This document shows positions 29,892 to 39,799 of a stretch of 64,000 nucleotides of DNA, piece after piece. This DNA comes from Eubacteriales bacterium (GTDB taxonomy: Bacteria > Bacillota > Clostridia > Oscillospirales > CAG-272), in the NCBI GenBank assembly GCA_045594785.1, contig JAZNZE010000001.1, positions 264 to 64,263 of the forward strand, written 5' to 3'. The translations under genes and the position numbers were made by a program. Under the pieces are notes generated by a model. That model saw only the letters and a list, made by a program, of their open reading frames with translations, searched no databases and was not told where the DNA came from. The stretch's first letter is position 1. Each line of letters begins with the position of its first letter.

Positions 29892-30081
29892 AATAAAGCC
29901 TTTCTTTATATAAAAATTTTAGTGACGATATAAATTATTAAGCATAGAATTATATAGAGGCAAAACCGATTATTGCCTACAATAATATGGCAAAGCTTCG
30001 GTGTAGACATCAAAGAAAAGGACGTGTGAAAGAAAACCGCCGTAGCACCTGCCGTTTGATTGGCGCCTGTAAAACGGCGCC

Positions 30082-30564
30082 TTATTTCTTTTCTATAAGC
30101 GCAACCGCATGCGCGCTTACGCCCTCTTCTCTTCCGGTAAATCCTAGCTTTTCTTCCGTGGTAGCCTTAACGTTAACAGAGGATACGTCAACGTTAAGCG
30201 CAAAAGCAATATTTTCTCTCATTTTGTCGATATACGGCAAAAGCTTAGGCTTTTGCAAAACTACCGTAGCATCAACGTTAACTACCGAGTAACCGTTTTC
30301 ATTAAGCAACTGATAGACCTGCGAAAGAAGCGCCATGCTTGAGATACCCTTGTACTTTTCATCGGAATCGGGAAAATGCCTTCCGATATCACCAAGTGCC
30401 ATCGCGCCTATTAATGCATCCATCACAGCGTGTAAAAGAACGTCTGCATCAGAATGCCCAAGAAGTCCGAATTCGTATTCTATTTCCACACCGCCTATTA
30501 TTAAGCGGCGCTCACGCACCAGTCTATGTACGTCATAGCCGTGGCCTATTCTGAAATTAACCAT
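30082..30564 (-). CDS. ispF: 2-C-methyl-D-erythritol 2,4-cyclodiphosphate synthase
   Basis: [10 protein letters not shown]...[11 protein letters not shown] motifs. 8-nt overlap with ispD. Confidence 0.9.
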   Translation of the reverse strand: MVNFRIGHGYDVHRLVRERRLIIGGVEIEYEFGLLGHSDADVLLHAVMDALIGAMALGDIGRHFPDSDEKYKGISSMALLSQVYQLLNENGYSVVNVDATVVLQKPKLLPYIDKMRENIAFALNVDVSSVNVKATTEEKLGFTGREEGVSAHAVALIEKK

Positions 30565-31249
30565 TTATTTTCTCCAAAAGATACCCTGCCAAATCTAAAT
30601 CCTCCGCATGAGTAATCTTTATATTTCCCTTGCCTATATCCGTCATATATACCCGAACGCCTATTTTTTCCACGAGCATATTATCATCGGTTACGGACAA
30701 GTCGTCAATATCCGCCTCCGAAATTGCTTTACGGTAAATGTCATATCTGAATATTTGAGGCGTACCCGCAAGTCTTAATTCTTCACGGTTTTCGGTAGAT
30801 ACGGAAAAGCCGTCAAAGCTTATACGCTTAACCGTATCAACAACAAGCGAAGAAGCGCTGGCAGCGCCGTATAAAAACGCATCTTCGACAACTTTTGTTA
30901 TCATATCAGGACGTATAAGGCATCTTGCCGCATCATGAACGGCAACGTATTCTACAGGAAAATCTATAGCAGAAAAACCGTTTTTAGCAGATATTACCCT
31001 GCTGCTTCCGCCCTCAACGATTTTTCTGAGTTTTGAAATGCCTTTGGCTTCAGATGCAGCAAAGCTCAGCTCGTCTCGCCTTACAACCAAAATGATATCG
31101 GTTATATCTTCGCAGGATTCAAATGCTTCAAGAGAACGCAAAAGTATGCTTTTGCCTTTAAGAATCAGCTTTTGCTTAGTAACGTCAACATTCATTCTGC
31201 TACCGCTTCCTGCAGCAAGCAAAATTGCACAAACACGATTCCGATTCAC
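30557..31249 (-). CDS. ispD: 2-C-methyl-D-erythritol 4-phosphate cytidylyltransferase
   Basis: [13 protein letters not shown]-terminal motif and VAVHDAARC. Confidence 0.9.
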   Translation of the reverse strand: MNRNRVCAILLAAGSGSRMNVDVTKQKLILKGKSILLRSLEAFESCEDITDIILVVRRDELSFAASEAKGISKLRKIVEGGSSRVISAKNGFSAIDFPVEYVAVHDAARCLIRPDMITKVVEDAFLYGAASASSLVVDTVKRISFDGFSVSTENREELRLAGTPQIFRYDIYRKAISEADIDDLSVTDDNMLVEKIGVRVYMTDIGKGNIKITHAEDLDLAGYLLEKING

Positions 31250-31260
31250 TCTATCACCGC

Positions 31261-31599
31261 CTATTTTCTGTAATAAACAAAATGAACGGTTATAACTCTC
31301 AGCCTTCCGTTTTCAAGAGAATTCGGTCCTTTAATAACCACGCCGTCACCGCTCATGAGATTACTCGCCTCAAGGTCTTTGACCTTGCAGGAAAAAAGTC
31401 GGTCTCCCGATGAATCCACAATAAAGTCATCACCGTGTAAAGCAAGAGCACCGCCTTTGCCTATTACGTCTTCGTTTCCGTCTATATGCTCGGTTACATA
31501 TTTTATAGCCTGTCCGTGAAGCGATTTAGCTCGTTCAAGACGGAAAGCATAACTGTTTGGATTTTTGTTTTTACCGAAAATTTTGGAAAATATGCCCAC
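31261..31599 (-). CDS. hypothetical 112-aa protein
   Basis: GTG start with GAGGTGGAG RBS. No motif I can assign. Soluble and beta-rich in appearance. Confidence 0.5.
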   Translation of the reverse strand: MGIFSKIFGKNKNPNSYAFRLERAKSLHGQAIKYVTEHIDGNEDVIGKGGALALHGDDFIVDSSGDRLFSCKVKDLEASNLMSGDGVVIKGPNSLENGRLRVITVHFVYYRK

Positions 31600-31738
31600 T
31601 TTGCTCCACCTCTTCGTTTTTTCAATGATATTTTACCATATTTTTTTCGAAAATGGAATACTTTTTTCCCAATTTTATATTGATTTTACTAATTAAATAA
31701 AAAAATAGAAATTTTTTCAACTTTTTTTCAAAAACCTA

Positions 31739-31767
31739 TTGATTTTTTATAAAAAGTGTATTATAAT
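31739..31767 (+). promoter_or_regulatory. dcw-cluster promoter (Pmra-like)
   Basis: TTGATT at 31739-31744, 17-nt spacer, TATAAT at 31762-31767, about 80 nt upstream of mraZ. Confidence 0.55.
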
Positions 31768-31793
31768 AGTAGCAAAGTGGAGCGAAGTGGAGC
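31753..31793 (+). promoter_or_regulatory. putative MraZ operator: direct (A/G)AAGTG(G/T) repeats
   Basis: AAAGTGT at 31753-31759, AAAGTGGAGC at 31774-31783 and GAAGTGGAGC at 31784-31793. The last two form a 10-bp tandem repeat. The array overlaps and follows the -10 element. Confidence 0.5.
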
Positions 31794-31843
31794 ATTTTTC
31801 CATTAAAAGCCACAGAAGATTAAGAAAAAAGGAGGTAGCAAAA

Positions 31844-32266
31844 ATGTCGTTTGTAGGATCTTATACACACTCAATGGATACAAAAAAGAGAGTCTTCATT
31901 CCCTCTAAGTTTCGTGAAGAGCTCGGCGAAGAATTTTACATAACGAGAAAGTTCGCTGCCTACCTCTCGATATATACTGCTGAAGAATGGGAAATATTTG
32001 TTGACAAAATTTCAAAGCTTCCCGAAGCAGACGCAGAAGACATTCAGGATTTCTTCCTCGGTGCAGCTCAGAAATGCACCCCGGATGCTAACGGAAGAAT
32101 AATTCTTGACGAAGGTCTTCTGAAATATGCCGGCATAAATAAGAACATAGTCTTCGTTGGTGCCGGAAGACAAATAAGAATATGGTCCGAAGAAAAATGG
32201 ATCGAGCGCGAGCAGAACAGAAACTACGAAGAAATGCGCAATAAGATGCGTAGCTACGGACTGTAA
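31844..32266 (+). CDS. mraZ: transcriptional regulator MraZ
   Basis: Start trimmed to MSFVGSYTHSMDTKKRVFIPSKFRE (ATG 31844, AAGGAGG upstream). Two SpoVT/AbrB-like halves, each carrying a DxxGR-type motif (MDTKKRVFIP in the N-terminal half, DANGRIIL in the C-terminal half). Confidence 0.9.
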   Translation: MSFVGSYTHSMDTKKRVFIPSKFREELGEEFYITRKFAAYLSIYTAEEWEIFVDKISKLPEADAEDIQDFFLGAAQKCTPDANGRIILDEGLLKYAGINKNIVFVGAGRQIRIWSEEKWIEREQNRNYEEMRNKMRSYGL

Positions 32267-32283
32267 ACCGAAAGGAACAAAAA

Positions 32284-33225
32284 ATGGATATCCCCTTCTC
32301 TCACACCTCTGTGCTTCTTTACGAATGCATTGAGGCATTGAATATCAGAGACGGATACACATATATAGATTGCACTGCGGGCGGAGGCGGCCATTCTCTT
32401 GAAATTGCAAAGAGGCTCGGCAAGAACTCAAGGCTTATTTGCTTTGACAGAGACAAGGCGGCAATCGCAGCGGCTACAGAAAGACTAAAGGATTATCTTG
32501 ATAAGGTTACCTTTATAAACGAAAACTTCTCTTCTCTATCTGAAGTAATAAAGGAATTAAAAATAGAAAATCTTGGCGGAGTGCTTGCCGATCTCGGCTG
32601 CAGCTCTCACCAATTCGATAATGCGGAGCGCGGTTTCAGCTATATGCATAATGCAAGGCTTGATATGCGAATGGATACCGATTCCCCGCTATCAGCTTAC
32701 AATGTTGTAAACGAATATTCCGAAGAACTTCTGAGAAAGATATTTTTCGAATACGGAGAAGAAAGATTTTCTTCACGGATAGCCGCATCTATTATAAAGC
32801 GCAGAGCCACCGGACCGATAGAAACCACCGGTGAGCTTGCAGAAATAATCAAATCGGCAATCCCGGCTCACAACCGAGCAGACGGACCGCACCCGGCAAA
32901 AAGAACCTTCCAAGCAATAAGAATTGAGGTAAACGGTGAGCTGGATGCGATAAAGCCGCTAATAAATGCAGCTGCAAATGCGCTTGTACCCACGGGAAGA
33001 ATAGCAATTATCTCTTTCCACTCACTAGAAGACAGAATTGTAAAACAGGAATATAAATCACTTTCAAGCGGCTGTACTTGCCCCAGGGACTTCCCTGTTT
33101 GCGTATGCGGCAAGAAGCCAACCATTAAAGAGACTACAAAAAAGCCTATTTTACCATCAGAGGACGAGCTTACGAACAATCCGCGTTCGCGAAGCGCAAA
33201 ATTAAGGATAGCGGAAAGAATTTAA
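32284..33225 (+). CDS. rsmH: 16S rRNA (cytosine1402-N4)-methyltransferase
   Basis: HTSVLLYECI...DCTAGGGGHS...SFHSLEDRIVK motifs. Confidence 0.9.
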   Translation: MDIPFSHTSVLLYECIEALNIRDGYTYIDCTAGGGGHSLEIAKRLGKNSRLICFDRDKAAIAAATERLKDYLDKVTFINENFSSLSEVIKELKIENLGGVLADLGCSSHQFDNAERGFSYMHNARLDMRMDTDSPLSAYNVVNEYSEELLRKIFFEYGEERFSSRIAASIIKRRATGPIETTGELAEIIKSAIPAHNRADGPHPAKRTFQAIRIEVNGELDAIKPLINAAANALVPTGRIAIISFHSLEDRIVKQEYKSLSSGCTCPRDFPVCVCGKKPTIKETTKKPILPSEDELTNNPRSRSAKLRIAERI

Positions 33226-33240
33226 AGGAGAACAACAAAA

Positions 33241-33657
33241 ATGACTGCGAACGTATACGAAACCTTATATAATAATATGAAAAACAAATTCACTGTAGTA
33301 AGTGAAAACAGCGAATATACCCTTGGCGAATATATGTCAATGAAGGCTAATGCAAAAACAGAAAAATCAAATCTCCCCATTGCCAGAACCGCTAATCAAA
33401 ATCACTCTATCGCAGCCATTTTCACATACGTTAACGATAAGCTTGCGGTAAAGAATCCTCCCGTACGCGAAAAGGTAATGAGGAAGTTCCCTTTCCGCAC
33501 CTCAGCTGCGGCATTTCTCTCCGCAATAGTTGCTTGCGCTCTTATGTTCTCATACGGTATTTTCTCTCTCAATTCAAGCTATACCGTTCCCACTGCTGAA
33601 ACCGAAGACAGCGTGGTTGAGGAAATAGAGGAAACAAACGAAATTCCGGAATCATAA
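33241..33657 (+). CDS. membrane protein at the ftsL position of the dcw cluster (not a canonical FtsL)
   Basis: 138 aa with a single TM segment (AAAFLSAIVACALMFSYGIFSL) near the C-terminus and a short acidic tail. Assignment is by synteny only. Confidence 0.55.
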   Translation: MTANVYETLYNNMKNKFTVVSENSEYTLGEYMSMKANAKTEKSNLPIARTANQNHSIAAIFTYVNDKLAVKNPPVREKVMRKFPFRTSAAAFLSAIVACALMFSYGIFSLNSSYTVPTAETEDSVVEEIEETNEIPES

Positions 33658-33729
33658 AAATCATTTTCTTTAAATATAATATAGCGATAGCTTTACTGCT
33701 GTCGCTATATTTTTTATTTTGGAGCAAAA

Positions 33730-35970
33730 ATGAAAAAAACACTTCTTCCGGGACGGAATACTATAGTCAAAACAAGAAAGCGAATGATAATTATTTTTAC
33801 CGGTTTTCTTCTCTTTCTCGTTTTTCTTATTACAAACCTTGTAAAGCTTCAAATTATTTCTCATTCTTATTATATAGACAAGGTAAACGACCAAATAACG
33901 ACAACTTCAAGGCTCAAGGCGGAACGCGGAAAAATATACGACAGTAATATGAACGTTTTAGCTACTGCAAAAACCGTGTGGCGCGTTTTTATATCTACTC
34001 GCGACATCAAAAAAGCAGAAAAAGAACAAAAGATTAACTTTACCGAAAAAATATCATACGGACTGGCAGAAATACTCGCAATCTCTTCCGAGAATTTGCG
34101 AGAAAAAATCAAGAATACCAACGTTCTTGACGTAACCGTAAAAAAAGAAATAGACGCCGAGGAATATGAGAAGGTCTGCAGCTTTATACACGAAAACGCT
34201 CTTGAAGAGCTTGTATTTTTAGAAGCTCAATCTTCGCGCTACTATCCGGAAGGCACTCTTCTCGCACACGTGCTTGGCTTTACGGGAAGCGATAATCAGG
34301 GTCTTTACGGACTTGAATATTATTATGATAGTTATCTTTCGGGCACAGACGGATATTATCTTTACGCGAAGGATGCAAACGGAAACGCTCTTGACACCGA
34401 ATACGCAACCTACGTTGAGCCTGTTGCAGGCTCAAGCATTGTAACGACTATAGATTCTTACGTACAGAAGCTTCTTGAAAATCAGCTGAATGCGGCCGTA
34501 AAAAATCATTCGGTTCAGAACAGAGCTACCGGTATAGTAATGGATATAGAAAGCGGAGCAATTCTTGCTATGGCAACCTCTTCTCCGTTTGACCCGAACA
34601 ATCCCTACGTTCTTGATGAAATTTCTTATAAAAAGCTATCCGATTCAGGCTATCCTGCCGATAGTGACGAATACAAGGCTTATAAAAAAGAGCTTATGGA
34701 AACAATGTGGTCAAACAAGGCGGTAAGCGAAACATATGAGCCGGGCTCTACCTTTAAAATAATAACGGTTTCAAGTGCCTTGGATATTGGCTGCGCAAAG
34801 GAGAGCGACCTATTTACCTGCGTGGGATACCACAATGTAGGCGGATACCGAATACGCTGCCATAAAGCCACAGGTCACGGCTCAGGATTTACACTCGCAT
34901 ACGGACTTCAGATGTCCTGCAATCCAACTATGATGCAGGTTGCCGAGCGTATAGGAAGCGAACGCTTTTACGATTATATAGAGAGCTTTGGATATTTTGA
35001 AAAAAGCGGAATAGATTTGCCAAGCGAGGCGTCCACAATTTTCCACAAACCCGAAAATATAGGCTCTACCGAGCTTGCAACGATATCGTTCGGGCAGCGC
35101 TTCAAGGTGTCAATAATAAACCATCTGACAGCGATAGCAACAGTAGCTAACGGCGGAAAGGCTATTACTCCGTACCTGGTAGAAAAGATTATAAACAATA
35201 GCGGTGATGTTATTTATGAGCACGAAAAGGAAGAAGAACGGCAGATAATCTCCGAGGAAATTGCAAAAACCGTAAACAGAATTCTTGAAGAAGGCGTTTC
35301 GGGTGACGGGGGTGCAAAAAATGCAGGAGTGAACGGATACAAAATAGCTGCAAAAACAGGAACCTCTCAGAAATTTGACATACTTGATGAAAACGGCAAC
35401 TCTTACCTGAGAATCGGCTCGACAGTTGGCTACAACATTTCGGAAAACGGAGGAATAGCCGTAATTATTGTAGTGGACGAACCAATGTCTGCCGTGAAAT
35501 ACGGAAGCGTCGTTGCCGCGCCTTACGTTTCTGCATTTTTCGAAGAAGCTCTTCCCTACCTCGGCTATCGTTCAGAGCTTTACAATGAAGAAATTAAAGT
35601 TCCCTCACTTACAGGAATGGCTCTGGCAGATGCAAAGAAAAATCTCGATACTCTCGGAATTGCATATGAAATTATCGGCAACGGCGATACCGTAATATCT
35701 CAAACTCCAAGCAAAGAGGACTTTCTTTATCCTTCACTTACAAAAATTATTCTTTATACCGATGAAAAAAGTGAGTACGTAACTGTTCCTATTTTGGTAG
35801 GTAAAGAATTATCCGCTGCCGTCAAAGAAGCAACAGACTGCGGACTTAACATAAAAATAAGCGGTGTCGCAGGCGGAAACGTGGTTTATCAATCCTTGCC
35901 GAACGGAGCAAACGTAAAAAAAGGCACGGTTATAGAGCTTCAAGCCCTTGTTATAGATTATGAAGACTGA
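33730..35970 (+). CDS. class B penicillin-binding protein with two C-terminal PASTA domains (FtsI/SpoVD/PBP2B-type)
   Basis: 746 aa. N-terminal TM segment. Transpeptidase motifs STFK, SCN and KTGTSQ. PASTA-like repeats at the C-terminus. Confidence 0.9.
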   Translation: MKKTLLPGRNTIVKTRKRMIIIFTGFLLFLVFLITNLVKLQIISHSYYIDKVNDQITTTSRLKAERGKIYDSNMNVLATAKTVWRVFISTRDIKKAEKEQKINFTEKISYGLAEILAISSENLREKIKNTNVLDVTVKKEIDAEEYEKVCSFIHENALEELVFLEAQSSRYYPEGTLLAHVLGFTGSDNQGLYGLEYYYDSYLSGTDGYYLYAKDANGNALDTEYATYVEPVAGSSIVTTIDSYVQKLLENQLNAAVKNHSVQNRATGIVMDIESGAILAMATSSPFDPNNPYVLDEISYKKLSDSGYPADSDEYKAYKKELMETMWSNKAVSETYEPGSTFKIITVSSALDIGCAKESDLFTCVGYHNVGGYRIRCHKATGHGSGFTLAYGLQMSCNPTMMQVAERIGSERFYDYIESFGYFEKSGIDLPSEASTIFHKPENIGSTELATISFGQRFKVSIINHLTAIATVANGGKAITPYLVEKIINNSGDVIYEHEKEEERQIISEEIAKTVNRILEEGVSGDGGAKNAGVNGYKIAAKTGTSQKFDILDENGNSYLRIGSTVGYNISENGGIAVIIVVDEPMSAVKYGSVVAAPYVSAFFEEALPYLGYRSELYNEEIKVPSLTGMALADAKKNLDTLGIAYEIIGNGDTVISQTPSKEDFLYPSLTKIILYTDEKSEYVTVPILVGKELSAAVKEATDCGLNIKISGVAGGNVVYQSLPNGANVKKGTVIELQALVIDYED

Positions 35971-35982
35971 CGGAGGTAAATT

Positions 35983-37518
35983 ATGCTGCTTAAAGAAGTG
36001 CTTCGCGGTATAGAATATAAAGGAAACGAGATTCCTTCCATAGATATTAAAAACGTAACCGCAAACCTAAATCTAATTAATGAAAACACATTATTCGTTT
36101 TTATAGAAGGGATAAACTTTGATACCAAAAGGATATTAAAGGATATCGTATCAAAAAAGCCCGGGATAATTATTTCCGAAACCCCGCTATATGAAACTAA
36201 AAGCATTCCTATTATATACGTAAATAACATACGAAAAGCATATTCATATTCTTTATATAATTTAAACGGCATAGATAAAAACAGACTGAAATTTTACGCG
36301 GTAACGGGAACAAACGGAAAAACTACTACGGCAACGATGCTGTACGATATTTTTTCTGCCGCAGATATAAAATGCGGATTTATCGGAACGGGAAAAATTC
36401 TGATTGGAAAAGAGTCCGTTTCGGATAGCTTTTATTCTATGACTACACCTGACCCGGAGCTTCTATATCCGACAATAAAAAGAATGGAATCCGAGGGCTG
36501 TGAAAAAATAGTTATGGAGGTATCCAGCCACGCGCTGTCTTTGTTTAAGGTTGCTCCTCTGGAATTCGAATGCTCAATATTTACAAATCTATCGGAGGAG
36601 CATATAGATTTTCACAAAGATATCGAAGAATATTATCACGCTAAACTATCTCTGTTTATGCAAAGCAAATGCGGAATTTTTAATCTCGATGACGAGTATT
36701 CAAAAAGAGCGTTTCACTATTTGAGCCCTACTATGAATACGCATTGCATATCAGTCAAAAGCGATGCTGATGCCGTTGCCAAGGATATAATCTTCAACGG
36801 ATTAGAAAGTACTGAGTACATATACAGAGAGTCTAGGCGCATATTTAAAATTCGCCTTAACACCGTAGGAGAGTATAACGTTTCAAACTCGCTTCTTGCA
36901 ATAAAATGCGCTTTAAATTCAGGAGTAGATACAGAAGCTATAAAAATCGGTTTGGGAAGGAAAAAATCTATTGAAGGAAGATTTGAAATCGTATCCCGCT
37001 CTCCTATGGTAATAATCGATTATGCTCATACGCATTCTGCATTAAAAAACGTATTCAAATTCGTAAAAACAGCAAAAAATACAGAGCAGAATATAATTAC
37101 AGTTTTCGGTTGCGGCGGAGAGCGCGATACTCTGAAGCGTCCGAAAATGGCGGCAATTTCCGAAGAATTTTCAGATTTTTCAGTAGTTACATCAGACAAT
37201 TCGAGAAGCGAAAACACAAGCAAAATAATAGCCGATATTGTTAAAGGATTTACAACCAAAGAAAAATATACGGTAATTGAAAATCGGGCAAATGCAATAA
37301 AATACGCACTCAGTAAAGCAAGAGCTAACGACATTGTTCTTATTATAGGAAAAGGACACGAGCGATACAATATAGATGCCGAGGGCTATCACCGCTTTGA
37401 CGAAAGAGAAATTATCTTCGAAGCACTAAAGGAGAGAAAAGCACGCGAAAATGAGAATAAAAACCGAACTTCCGTTAACACTTTCTATGATAGCAAGGAT
37501 ACTGGAAATTCCATCTGA
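35983..37518 (+). CDS. murE: UDP-N-acetylmuramoyl-L-alanyl-D-glutamate--2,6-diaminopimelate ligase
   Basis: Mur ligase P-loop VTGTNGKTTT and central/C-terminal Mur domains with a DNSRSE-type motif (TSDNSRSE). The amino-acid specificity (DAP vs Lys) was not determined. The tail overlaps murF by 68 nt. Confidence 0.85.
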   Translation: MLLKEVLRGIEYKGNEIPSIDIKNVTANLNLINENTLFVFIEGINFDTKRILKDIVSKKPGIIISETPLYETKSIPIIYVNNIRKAYSYSLYNLNGIDKNRLKFYAVTGTNGKTTTATMLYDIFSAADIKCGFIGTGKILIGKESVSDSFYSMTTPDPELLYPTIKRMESEGCEKIVMEVSSHALSLFKVAPLEFECSIFTNLSEEHIDFHKDIEEYYHAKLSLFMQSKCGIFNLDDEYSKRAFHYLSPTMNTHCISVKSDADAVAKDIIFNGLESTEYIYRESRRIFKIRLNTVGEYNVSNSLLAIKCALNSGVDTEAIKIGLGRKKSIEGRFEIVSRSPMVIIDYAHTHSALKNVFKFVKTAKNTEQNIITVFGCGGERDTLKRPKMAAISEEFSDFSVVTSDNSRSENTSKIIADIVKGFTTKEKYTVIENRANAIKYALSKARANDIVLIIGKGHERYNIDAEGYHRFDEREIIFEALKERKARENENKNRTSVNTFYDSKDTGNSI

Positions 37519-38809
37519 GCTTCAAGGAGAAATAAGCGCCATTACAACGCATTCCGCTATGTGCGAAAAAGGTGATTTATTCGTAGCTCTTCCGGGTGAA
37601 AACTTTAATGGAGCTTCGTTTATAAAAGAAGCAAGAGAAAAAGGTGCTTTTATACTTTCTGAAGCGGACGGCGCTGATTTTCGGGTAAAATGCGCCTACG
37701 AGGCTCTGCTTAAGATTGCCTGCTCTTATAAAGAAATCATAAACCCAAAACATACCATTGCAGTTACTGGAAGCATAGGCAAAACAACCGTAAAGGATTT
37801 TATTTATACCCTTCTCTCTCCCGCTATGCATACTCACAAAACCGAAGAAAATTATAATAACATACTCGGTGTTTCCTACACCCTGCTTTCGATGCCCAAA
37901 AATACCGAAGCTCTGGTTATAGAAATAGGAATGAACCATAAAGGCGAAATAGATACTATTTCCCGCGCTCTAAAGCCAACGCTTTCAGTTATAACAAATG
38001 TAGGAAGCGCGCATATAGGAAACCTGGGTTCAAGAGATGCAATAGCAGAAGCAAAGCTGGAAATACAAAACGGAATGACGGGCGGAAAAACGGTAATCTT
38101 TAAAGAAGAGGCTTTGCTATCAAAAGCAAAGAACATATATTCAATTTCATATACGGACGTAAATGCCGATTTATTCGCTGACATTATTTCAAGGGACAGA
38201 AAAGAAAGCAGAATTTATATAAAAACAAAAGAATATGCTGCCACTTTTAATACTACGCTATATTCGAAGCACTCTATAAACTCTTTGCTTATGGCAATCG
38301 CGGTATGTGATGTTATCGGGATTCGCTATCAAACAATCGCCGATGCAATAAATAATATAACACCCGATACGATGAGACAAAAATTCATTTACGCTAACGG
38401 GTATACCTTTTATGATGACAGCTATAATTCCTCGCCCGAGGCAGTCGTTGCCGATTTGAGCATGCTCTCCGAGCTTGGAGGTGAGAGGAGCGCGCTTATA
38501 GGAGATATGCTGGAGCTTGGAGAAAGTAGCAGTAATCTGCACCGATATATAGGAATTGAGTGCGCAAGGCATTCCTTAAAAAAGCTATATGCCCTAGGAC
38601 AATATGCAGGCGACATAGCCTGCGGAGCTATTCTTGGCGGAATGAAGGAAAGCGATATTTTTATAAACACGGATATTAACAATCCGGGACTTACAGCAAA
38701 GCAAATATCAGAAAACTACGCAGGAGAGGTATTGCTTGTAAAAGCATCTCATTCAGTAAACGCAAAAAGAATTATCGAAATATTAAGCGGACAAAAGGAG
38801 GATTTATAG
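37451..38809 (+). CDS. murF: UDP-N-acetylmuramoyl-tripeptide--D-alanyl-D-alanine ligase
   Basis: P-loop VTGSIGKTT and Mur ligase domains. The exact start is uncertain because there is no strong RBS at 37451. Confidence 0.8.
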   Translation: MRIKTELPLTLSMIARILEIPSELQGEISAITTHSAMCEKGDLFVALPGENFNGASFIKEAREKGAFILSEADGADFRVKCAYEALLKIACSYKEIINPKHTIAVTGSIGKTTVKDFIYTLLSPAMHTHKTEENYNNILGVSYTLLSMPKNTEALVIEIGMNHKGEIDTISRALKPTLSVITNVGSAHIGNLGSRDAIAEAKLEIQNGMTGGKTVIFKEEALLSKAKNIYSISYTDVNADLFADIISRDRKESRIYIKTKEYAATFNTTLYSKHSINSLLMAIAVCDVIGIRYQTIADAINNITPDTMRQKFIYANGYTFYDDSYNSSPEAVVADLSMLSELGGERSALIGDMLELGESSSNLHRYIGIECARHSLKKLYALGQYAGDIACGAILGGMKESDIFINTDINNPGLTAKQISENYAGEVLLVKASHSVNAKRIIEILSGQKEDL

Positions 38810-39798
38810 TGCTTGATGATTTTTTTCCTCTTTACGTAATAATTTTTCTTCTTTCTTTTTCGGTCACCGTCTTTATGGAAAAACAACTTATTCCGGCACT
38901 GAAAAAGAGGGCGCGCCAACCGATATACAGCGAAGGTCCTAAATGGCACGAAAAGAAAAGCGGTACTCCTACGCTTGGCGGAGTAGGCTTTTTGAGCGGT
39001 ATACTTCTTGCGATTGCCGTGTCAATACCTTTGCTTATAAAAATCAAAGGGATAAAATCCTTTTACTCATTGCTTATAACTTTGATTTATGCATTCGGAA
39101 ATGCTTTGGTAGGAATATTTGACGACCTTAAAAAATTGCATAGAAAGAAAAATCAGGGGCTTTCCCCAATAGAAAAGCTGATACTGCAATTTATACTCGC
39201 TGCTCTGTTTCTTTACTTCAGGCGCATTGTCGTAGGCGACAGCAGCAAAATATCCTTTGCGTTTGGCGAAATAGAGCTCGGATTTTGGTACTATTTATTA
39301 TCGCTGATAGTTCTTGTGGGAATCGTGAATTGCGCCAATCTTACTGACGGAATAGACGGGCTCGCAACCTCGGTTGCCTTTTCTATCGGCGTAAGCCTGC
39401 TATATATTGCCGCTTCTCTGTTTGAAGACGTGGCAATTACAGCTTCGGCTCTGGTAGGCGCAACGGTGGGATTCTTGATTTTCAATCTTCACCCCGCAAA
39501 AATTTTTATGGGAGATACCGGTTCTCTCTTTTTCGGTGCGCTTGTAGCTGCCTCTGCAGTTGCTCTGGGAAATCCGCTCATAGCTATTCTTGTCGGCGGT
39601 GTCTACGTAATCGAAGGTGTTTCTGTAATACTGCAAGTTTTATTCTTTAAGATAACCCACGGAAAACGCTTATTTAAGATGGCACCTATACACCACCACC
39701 TTGAACAATGCGGTTGGAGTGAAAATAAAATCTGCATCGTTGCTATTCTGATAACCTTTATTTTCTCAATACCGGCATATATATTCTATTTACCGTAA
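38809..39798 (+). CDS. mraY: phospho-N-acetylmuramoyl-pentapeptide-transferase
   Basis: GTG start at 38809. Polytopic membrane protein with NLTDGIDGLA and MGDTGSL motifs. Confidence 0.9.
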   Translation: MLDDFFPLYVIIFLLSFSVTVFMEKQLIPALKKRARQPIYSEGPKWHEKKSGTPTLGGVGFLSGILLAIAVSIPLLIKIKGIKSFYSLLITLIYAFGNALVGIFDDLKKLHRKKNQGLSPIEKLILQFILAALFLYFRRIVVGDSSKISFAFGEIELGFWYYLLSLIVLVGIVNCANLTDGIDGLATSVAFSIGVSLLYIAASLFEDVAITASALVGATVGFLIFNLHPAKIFMGDTGSLFFGALVAASAVALGNPLIAILVGGVYVIEGVSVILQVLFFKITHGKRLFKMAPIHHHLEQCGWSENKICIVAILITFIFSIPAYIFYLP

Positions 39799-39799
39799 A

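Noticed and set aside
29892-30081. Possible structured RNA or operator between ispF and rpe, including the 7-bp inverted repeat ATTATTG-tagg-CAATAAT on the minus strand around 29970-29987 and a GGCGCC...GGCGCC hairpin after ispF.
   Set aside because: It matches no riboswitch class I recognise. The hairpin lacks a U-tract and the palindrome could simply be part of the rpe promoter. The evidence is too weak to call.
37451-37518. The 68-nt murE/murF overlap as a sign of a frameshift or pseudogene.
   Set aside because: Both ORFs are full length with complete Mur-ligase motif sets. The overlap comes from a non-conserved-looking murE tail and an uncertain murF start. There is no evidence of disruption.
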